Source of the DNA: an uncultured Actinomycetes bacterium
GTDB taxonomy: Bacteria; Actinomycetota; Thermoleophilia; Gaiellales; Gaiellaceae
Assembly: GCA_963742525.1 (NCBI GenBank)
Contig: CAVUMD010000002.1
Location: 168,025 to 232,024 of the forward strand
DNA: 64,000 nt
Reading direction: 5' to 3'
Positions 58,510 to 64,000 of this stretch are shown piece by piece. Position 1 is the stretch's first letter; the number at the start of each line of letters is the position of its first letter. The notes below the pieces were generated by a model. It had not been told where the DNA came from. It ran no database searches and was given only the letters and a program-made list of their open reading frames with translations. Position numbers and translations under genes: made by a program.

Positions 58510-59411
58510 TGCTGCGGGTCGACGACGTCACGAAGGTCTTCCGCACGGGCCTGTTCGGGAGCGGCTCGCAGACGGCGGTGTCGGGCGTGAGCTTCGACGT
58601 CCGCCCGGGCGAGGTCGTCTCCCTCATCGGCGAGAGCGGGAGCGGCAAGACGACCGTCGGGCGGATGATCCTGCGGCTGACGACGGCGACGGCGGGGACG
58701 ATCAGCTTCGGCGGCGAGGACGTCGCCGGCTACAGCCGCCGCGACCTCCGGCGCTACTACGCGCGCGTCCAGGGCGTCTTCCAGGACCCGTTCAGCTCGT
58801 ACAACCCGGTCTTCAAGGTCGACCGCGTGCTCGGGATGCTCCGCTCCAACTACCTCCCGGGGCTCTCCGACCAGGAGTGGAAGCGCACGCTGCGCAGCTC
58901 GCTCGAGGCGGTGTCGCTCGAGCCGTCCGACGTGCTCGGCAAGTACCCGCACCAGCTGAGCGGCGGGCAGCTCCAGCGCCTGATGGTCGCGCGGGCGCTG
59001 CTCCTCGAGATCGAGCTGCTCGTCGCGGACGAGATCATCAGCATGCTCGACGCCTCGACCCGCATCGACGTGCTCAACCTGCTCGGCGACCTCAAGGGAC
59101 GGGGCCTCGGGATCCTCTTCATCACGCACGACCTGTCGCTCGGGAACTACATCAGCGACCGGACCCTGATCCTGCGCCGCGGCCGCATCGTCGAGCTCGG
59201 GCCGACGACGAAGGTGTTCGGCGACCCGCGGCACTCGTACACGCGGGCGCTCCTCGCGTGCGTGCCGCAGCTGCATCGCAAGTGGAGCGACGAGGCGGGC
59301 GCGGCGGTGGCGACCGGGAACGGCGGCCCGCCTGCGGCGTCGGCGAATGGAGGCGGCCTCGTCGCCGTCGACGACGACCACTTCGTCGCGCCGGAGGAGG
59401 ACGAGGCGTGA
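58509..59411 (+). CDS. ABC transporter ATP-binding protein (DppF/OppF-like)
   Basis: ORF 58398..59411 trimmed to ATG 58509. Contains GESGSGKTT, LSGGQLQR and LLVADEIISMLD. Confidence 0.88.
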   Translation: MLRVDDVTKVFRTGLFGSGSQTAVSGVSFDVRPGEVVSLIGESGSGKTTVGRMILRLTTATAGTISFGGEDVAGYSRRDLRRYYARVQGVFQDPFSSYNPVFKVDRVLGMLRSNYLPGLSDQEWKRTLRSSLEAVSLEPSDVLGKYPHQLSGGQLQRLMVARALLLEIELLVADEIISMLDASTRIDVLNLLGDLKGRGLGILFITHDLSLGNYISDRTLILRRGRIVELGPTTKVFGDPRHSYTRALLACVPQLHRKWSDEAGAAVATGNGGPPAASANGGGLVAVDDDHFVAPEEDEA

Positions 59412-60159
59412 GCAGGATCGGACTCCAGCTGTACACCGTGCGGGACGCAGCGGCGACCGACCTTGCCCGGACGCTCGGCCGCGCGGCCGAGCTCGGGTTC
59501 GAGGGCGTCGAGCTCCACGACCTCCACGGGCACGAGCCCGGCGAGGTGCGCGCGATGCTCGACGCGCACGACCTCGCCGTCTGCGGAAGGCACGTCGGCC
59601 TCGAGACGGCCGAGGACGACCTCGGCGGGCTTGCCGCGGAGCTCGAGACGCTCGGCACCGACAGGTTGATCGTCGCCTGGATCGAGCCGCCGCGCACGCC
59701 CGTCGAGGCGGACGCCGCCGTCGCGCGGCTCGTGCGCGCGGCGGAGCGCGCCTCCGGAGCGGGCCTGCGGCTCGGCTTCCACAACCACGACGCCGAGGTT
59801 GCGGCGCAGTCCGACGGGCGGAGCGTCCTCGATCTCCTTCTCGCCGCCGACGACGGGCCGTTCCTCGAGCTCGACCTGGGCTGGGCGTGGTACGCCGGCG
59901 TCGACCCGATCGCGCTGCTCGACGCCGCCCGGGGCCGCGCGCCGCTCGTGCACGTCAAGGACATGCGCCGCGACGGCGGGCCGGTGCACGTTCCACTCGG
60001 GGGCGGTGACGTCGACTACGAGCGGCCTCGCGGACGCGGCCGATCGCGCCGGCGTGGAGTGGCTGATCGTCGAGCAGGACGAGACCGCCGGCGACGGCGT
60101 TCGCAGCGGTGTCCGAGTCGCTGGCCGTCCTGCGGTCGCTGGTGGAGGTGCGCGCGTGA
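59408..60159 (+). pseudogene. sugar phosphate isomerase/epimerase (xylose-isomerase-like TIM barrel), two frameshifts
   Basis: From GTG 59408 (VSRIGLQLYTVRDAAATDLARTLGRAAELGFEGVELHD...) the frame is good to ...GGGDVDY. It continues as SGLADAADRAGVEWLIVEQDETAGD in the next frame (shift near 60020), then AFAAVSESLAVLRSLVEVRA* in the third frame (shift near 60096). The TGA overlaps the GTG of the next gene. Confidence 0.7.
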
Positions 60160-61268
60160 CGTCGCCGGCCCGTGTCGGCATCGTCGGCTGTGGCGTGATC
60201 AGCCACGCGTACGCCGAGAACGCGTCGGCGTTCGACCGCTTCGAGATCGTCGCGTGCGCCGACCGTGATCCGCTCCGGAGCGAGGCGCTCGCGGCCGCGC
60301 ACGGCCTCGCGTCGACCACGGTCGACGATCTCCTCGCCTGCGGGGACGTGGACGTCGTCCTGAACCTCACGCCGCCTGCTGTCCACGCCGATGTGACGCG
60401 GGCCGCGCTCGAGTCGGGCAAGCACGTGTACTCGGAGAAGCCGCTCGCGATGTCGGCGGCCGCGTCGGCCGAGCTCCTCGACCTCGCCGACCGGACCGGC
60501 CTCCGCGTCGGCTGCGCGCCGGACGTCTTCCTCGGCGGCGCCTTCCAGGAGGCGCGCTCGCTGATCGACAGCGGCTCGATCGGGCGGCCGCTCGGCGTCT
60601 CGGCGACGATGCTCGCGGGCGGGCAGGAGGCCTGGCATCCGGATCCCGACATCTTCTTTCGGGACGGCGCCGGACCGCTGCTCGACATGGGCCCGTACTA
60701 CCTCACCGCGATCGTGGCGCTGCTCGGCCCGATCGTCCGAGTCGCGGGCCTCTCCACGACGTTCGTCGCCGAGCGGACGATCGAGATCGGCCCTCGTCGC
60801 GGCGAGCGCTTCGCCGCCGAGACGCCGACACACACGACGGCGGCGCTCGAGCTCGGATGCGGTGCGACGGCGACGCTCCTCGCGACGTTCGAGGCGCCGA
60901 GCCACTACTCCTCGACGTTCCTCGTGCTCGGCTCGGAGGGGACGCTGCTGCTTCCCGACCCGAACATGTTCGGCGAGACCATCCGGCTTCGCGGAGGCCG
61001 GGGGGAGTGGGAGGTGCATCCGTACCGCTCCCGCGGCGCGCGCGAGGTGCGAGGCATCGGCCTCCAGGACATGGTCGACGCGATCGCGCACGACCGAGAG
61101 CCGCGGGCGTCCGGTCGACTTGCCCTCCACGTGATCGACGTCGCCCGCTCGATCCTCGCCGCGGCGGAGTCCGGAACGACCCTGCAGGTCGGGTCGACCG
61201 TCGATCGTCCGGACCCGCTTCCGGTCGAGAAGACGGTCGCGGCGCGCCGCGCCGCCTCGTCGCGTTAG
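60156..61268 (+). CDS. Gfo/Idh/MocA-family NAD(P)-dependent oxidoreductase
   Basis: ORF 59799..61268 trimmed to GTG 60156 (VTSPARVGIVGCGVISHAYA...). Rossmann N-terminus plus EKP motif (YSEKPLA). Confidence 0.85.
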   Translation: MTSPARVGIVGCGVISHAYAENASAFDRFEIVACADRDPLRSEALAAAHGLASTTVDDLLACGDVDVVLNLTPPAVHADVTRAALESGKHVYSEKPLAMSAAASAELLDLADRTGLRVGCAPDVFLGGAFQEARSLIDSGSIGRPLGVSATMLAGGQEAWHPDPDIFFRDGAGPLLDMGPYYLTAIVALLGPIVRVAGLSTTFVAERTIEIGPRRGERFAAETPTHTTAALELGCGATATLLATFEAPSHYSSTFLVLGSEGTLLLPDPNMFGETIRLRGGRGEWEVHPYRSRGAREVRGIGLQDMVDAIAHDREPRASGRLALHVIDVARSILAAAESGTTLQVGSTVDRPDPLPVEKTVAARRAASSR

Positions 61269-62299
61269 CTCGCTGCGAGGAGGCGCTCTTCCTCGCGCCG
61301 CCGCCGGCCACGGCGGGTCAGCCAGACGGCGACGGCGACGAGCACGAGCGGCGCGGCCGCGACGAGGATCGCGAGCACGACGACGGCCTCCCAGGCGAGC
61401 ACCGCCAACGCCTTGTCGACGGCGCGGTCGAGGCGCGAGCCGGGCACGGTCGACGACTCCTCTGTGCGGAGCTCGAGCTGGATCGTTGCGTTCTGCGCCA
61501 CCTGGGCGGTCGCGGCACGGCTCGCCCGGAGCTCCCGGAGCTCCGCCTGGGCCTGCGCACGGCGCTCGAGGAGGCGTGCTCGCTCCGCCGCGGTGTCCGC
61601 GCGGTCGATCGCCGCCGTGAGCGCCGCCACCTGCGCCCGGAGCCGCTCGAGCTGGCGGTCGAGCGTGTCGAGCGACTCCTGGAGGTCGTCGATCTGCACG
61701 TTCTGCGCGAGGATCGTGCCGAGATCGGAGAGGCGCGTCACCGCGGTCGCCGCCTGGCCGGACGGGACGCGAAGCGTGAGCGACGCTGCGCCGCTCGAGC
61801 CCGTCGCGTACTGGACGGAGACGACGTAGCCGCCCAGGTCGCGGGCGATCGCGAGCGCCTGCTGGGTCGCCGTCGAGAGCGCGTCCGTGTCGTCGACGCC
61901 GAGGGTGAGGGTCGCGCTGTAGCGCTGCGCCCGTCCGGTCGTCGGCGCAGGTGCCTTCGCGGTCGTCGCGCCGGCGGCGTCCTGCGCCGGCCCGGCGAAC
62001 GTCGCAGCCCCCGACGGCGCGGTGGCGCTCCGTTCCGCCGTCGCCTTTGAGGCGACCGCCTCCGACGCGACGGGCGCCGGCGAGGGTCGCGTGACGCCGA
62101 TCGCCACCGCGGCTGCGACGGCGACCGCTGCGGCCGCGGGGAACGCCAGCACGAGCCGTCGCCGGTCGCGAAATCGTTCCTGCCACGTGGGTGAGACGGG
62201 CTGCGGCGTCGAGGCGAGCGTCAGCACCTGGAGTCGCAGCGCGTCGCCTGCGCGCGGGCGCGAGCCGCGCAGCTCGTCGACGATCTCGTTCACGGTCAT
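61265..62299 (-). CDS. membrane protein with DUF4349-like coiled-coil domain, probable anti-sigma partner
   Basis: ORF 61265..62644 trimmed to ATG 62299 (ATGA overlap with the ECF sigma stop). The N-terminal cytoplasmic segment is followed by a TM segment, an Ala/Thr-rich linker, a coiled coil (LDTLDRQLERLRAQVAAL...) and a C-terminal TM segment. Confidence 0.65.
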   Translation of the reverse strand: MTVNEIVDELRGSRPRAGDALRLQVLTLASTPQPVSPTWQERFRDRRRLVLAFPAAAAVAVAAAVAIGVTRPSPAPVASEAVASKATAERSATAPSGAATFAGPAQDAAGATTAKAPAPTTGRAQRYSATLTLGVDDTDALSTATQQALAIARDLGGYVVSVQYATGSSGAASLTLRVPSGQAATAVTRLSDLGTILAQNVQIDDLQESLDTLDRQLERLRAQVAALTAAIDRADTAAERARLLERRAQAQAELRELRASRAATAQVAQNATIQLELRTEESSTVPGSRLDRAVDKALAVLAWEAVVVLAILVAAAPLVLVAVAVWLTRRGRRRREEERLLAAS

Positions 62300-62814
62300 T
62301 CTTCGCTCACCCTCTCCTCGAGTCGCTTGAGCGCCCGGGAGAGCCGCGTGGAGACGGCCGTCGGGCTGATTCCGAGCACGCGCGCGGCGGCGTCGCCGTC
62401 GAGCTCGAGCACGATCCGCAGTGCGAGCACTTCGCGCTCCCCCGCGCTCAGCGACGTGAGTGCCGTCTCGAGCTCGGGCGAGAGGCCCTCGACGAAGGCC
62501 TCCTCGACGCGCTCGTCGAGCGCGGCCGCCGCCTCGCGCTTCCGCCTCCGCGCCTCGGCGCGGAACCAGTCGAGCGCGGTCGTCCTCGCGATGCCGAGCA
62601 GCCACGTCCTGGCGCTGCCGCGCCGCGGATCGAACCGGTCCCACATCCTGAGCGCCTTCTCGAACGTGGCGCTGGAGAGATCCTCGGCCGTCTCGCGATC
62701 ACGCGTCAGGTAGAGGAGGTAGCCGAACACGTCGTCGAGGTGCGCCTCTGCGGCCTCGCCGAGGCTCCGCGGCGGGCGCGTGGCGAGCGGCTGCTCGAGC
62801 GTCATCCCGTGCAC
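62296..62814 (-). CDS. ECF-type RNA polymerase sigma factor
   Basis: 172 aa. Region 2 (DDVFGYLLYLTRDRETAEDLSSATFEKALRMWDRFDP...WLLGIARTTALDWFR) and region 4 (LSAGEREVLALRIVLELDGDAAARVLGISPTAVSTRLSRALKRL). Confidence 0.88.
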   Translation of the reverse strand: MHGMTLEQPLATRPPRSLGEAAEAHLDDVFGYLLYLTRDRETAEDLSSATFEKALRMWDRFDPRRGSARTWLLGIARTTALDWFRAEARRRKREAAAALDERVEEAFVEGLSPELETALTSLSAGEREVLALRIVLELDGDAAARVLGISPTAVSTRLSRALKRLEERVSEE

Positions 62815-62902
62815 GCCCCTTCTACGCCGCCGGGTGCCGTCCTTGTCACAGAGAGCATTGTCGGCGCGCCGGCGGCCGGCGCGAGAGATCGCCGCGAACC
62901 TC

Positions 62903-64000
62903 TTAGGACGGCGCCGGCTGTGCCTCGCGGACGCGCTGGGCCTCGGCCTCGCGCAGCTCGATCCGCCGGATCTTCCCGGTCAGGGTCTTGGGAAGCGAGG
63001 GCACGAACTCGACCAGGCGCGGGTAGTGGTACGCGGAGAGGCGCGTGCGGACGTGCTGCTGGATCGCCTTCGCGGTCTCGTCGCTCGGCTCGTAGCCCTC
63101 GGCGAGCACGACGAAGGCCTTGACGACGCTGCCACGCCGCTCGTCCGGCGAGGCCACGGCGGCCGCCTCGGCGACCGCGGGATGCTCGAGGCACGCGGAC
63201 TCGACCTCGAACGGGCCGATCCGGTACCCGGCCGCGATGATCACGTCGTCGGCGCGGCCCTCGTACCAGACGTAGCCGTCCTCGTCCATGCGGGCGGCGT
63301 CCTTCGTGTGGAACCACTCCCCGCCGAAGGTCTCGCGCGCCGCCTCCTCGTTGTTCCAGTACCCGAGCGGGTAGTGCGGGTTCGACCGCGCGCGAAGGCA
63401 GATCTCGCCCCGCTCTCCCGCCGCCGCCGGCCGCTCGTCCTCGTCGAGGATCGCCACGTCCCAGCCCGGCATCGGACGGCCCATCGAGCCCTCCCGCACC
63501 TCCATGAAAGGGAAGTTCCCGCACAGGGGGTAGCTCTCCGAGAGGCCGTAGTAGTCGAGCACGGTGACGCCGTACTGGTCGCGGAACCAGCGGATCGCCT
63601 CCGGGTTCAGCGGCTCACCGGCCGCGCAGACGACGCGGAACTCCTGCGGGTACCGCGCCCCGGCGTCGGTGATGCCCATCATCGAGCGGATCGCCGTCGG
63701 CGTGCCGAAGACGTTCGTCACGCGGTGCTTCGAGAGGAACGCGAGCTGCTTGGCCGGGTCGAAGCCGCCCTCGCGCTCGAAGACGACCTGCACCGCGCCG
63801 AAGCGCCACGGGCCGAGCAGCGGCGCGATGCCGGCCGCCCACGCCCACTCGCCCATCCCGTGGAACCGCTCCCCGTCCTGCACGTCGTGGCACAGCTCGA
63901 ACTCGTTGTGCCCCAGCAGGTACCGGTGCGCGTGGAGGATGCCCTTCGCGAGGCCCGTGGTGCCCGACGTGTAGTAGAGCTGGGCGGGGTCGTCCGCGGC
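62903..64000 (-). CDS. AMP-forming acyl-CoA synthetase/ligase; N-terminus lies beyond the window end
   Basis: ORF 62903..63883 continues in frame upstream to the window edge. My translation there gives ...DDPAQLYYTSGTTGLAKGILHAHRYLLGH..., the AMP-binding motif. The C-terminus carries KTLTGKIRR. Confidence 0.88.
   Translation of the reverse strand, partial: AADDPAQLYYTSGTTGLAKGILHAHRYLLGHNEFELCHDVQDGERFHGMGEWAWAAGIAPLLGPWRFGAVQVVFEREGGFDPAKQLAFLSKHRVTNVFGTPTAIRSMMGITDAGARYPQEFRVVCAAGEPLNPEAIRWFRDQYGVTVLDYYGLSESYPLCGNFPFMEVREGSMGRPMPGWDVAILDEDERPAAAGERGEICLRARSNPHYPLGYWNNEEAARETFGGEWFHTKDAARMDEDGYVWYEGRADDVIIAAGYRIGPFEVESACLEHPAVAEAAAVASPDERRGSVVKAFVVLAEGYEPSDETAKAIQQHVRTRLSAYHYPRLVEFVPSLPKTLTGKIRRIELREAEAQRVREAQPAPS

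Overview
This is a high-GC, actinobacterial-type chromosomal segment. Gene content and the GroEL/Nuo sequences suggest a Thermoleophilia- or Rubrobacteria-like lineage, but that is inference only. Most of the window is core metabolism:
- a complete 14-gene nuoA-N operon on the minus strand (2.8-16.8 kb), with nearly every junction translationally coupled by ATGA/GTGA overlaps
- an A-type Fe-S carrier, an FprA-like reductase and a class II fumarase
- a 2-oxoacid dehydrogenase E1alpha-E1beta-E2 operon that continues into VOC-lipB-lipA
- CIRCE-groES-groEL, argH, a PII-amt pair and glnA
- a PdtaS/PdtaR-like GAF-kinase/ANTAR regulator pair
- two sigma-factor modules
- a LacI-controlled glycoside hydrolase plus family-5 ABC uptake locus.

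No rRNA, tRNA, CRISPR array, transposase or recognisable defence system was seen. Three signals stand out.
1. The 5' leaders of glnA and of the PII-amt operon each carry a strong terminator-like hairpin with a U-tract. In both, the 5' arm of that hairpin (GCCUC...) is shared with an upstream hexaloop hairpin carrying the common motif AGGCAAYGGSGCCUC. This is a candidate nitrogen attenuation/antitermination system, and an ANTAR regulator is encoded about 4 kb away.
2. A roughly 100-nt three-hairpin repeat occurs four times. The copies show compensatory base-pair changes and contain a CCUCCUU anti-Shine-Dalgarno-like tract.
3. Several otherwise conserved genes carry single-base frameshifts, mostly G indels. 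These are concentrated in a secreted-protein island at 20.3-26.2 kb, and also hit argH and the sugar locus. They are either real decay or assembly error.

The many long Arg/Pro/Gly-rich ORFs in the track are antisense or off-frame artefacts of the GC content.
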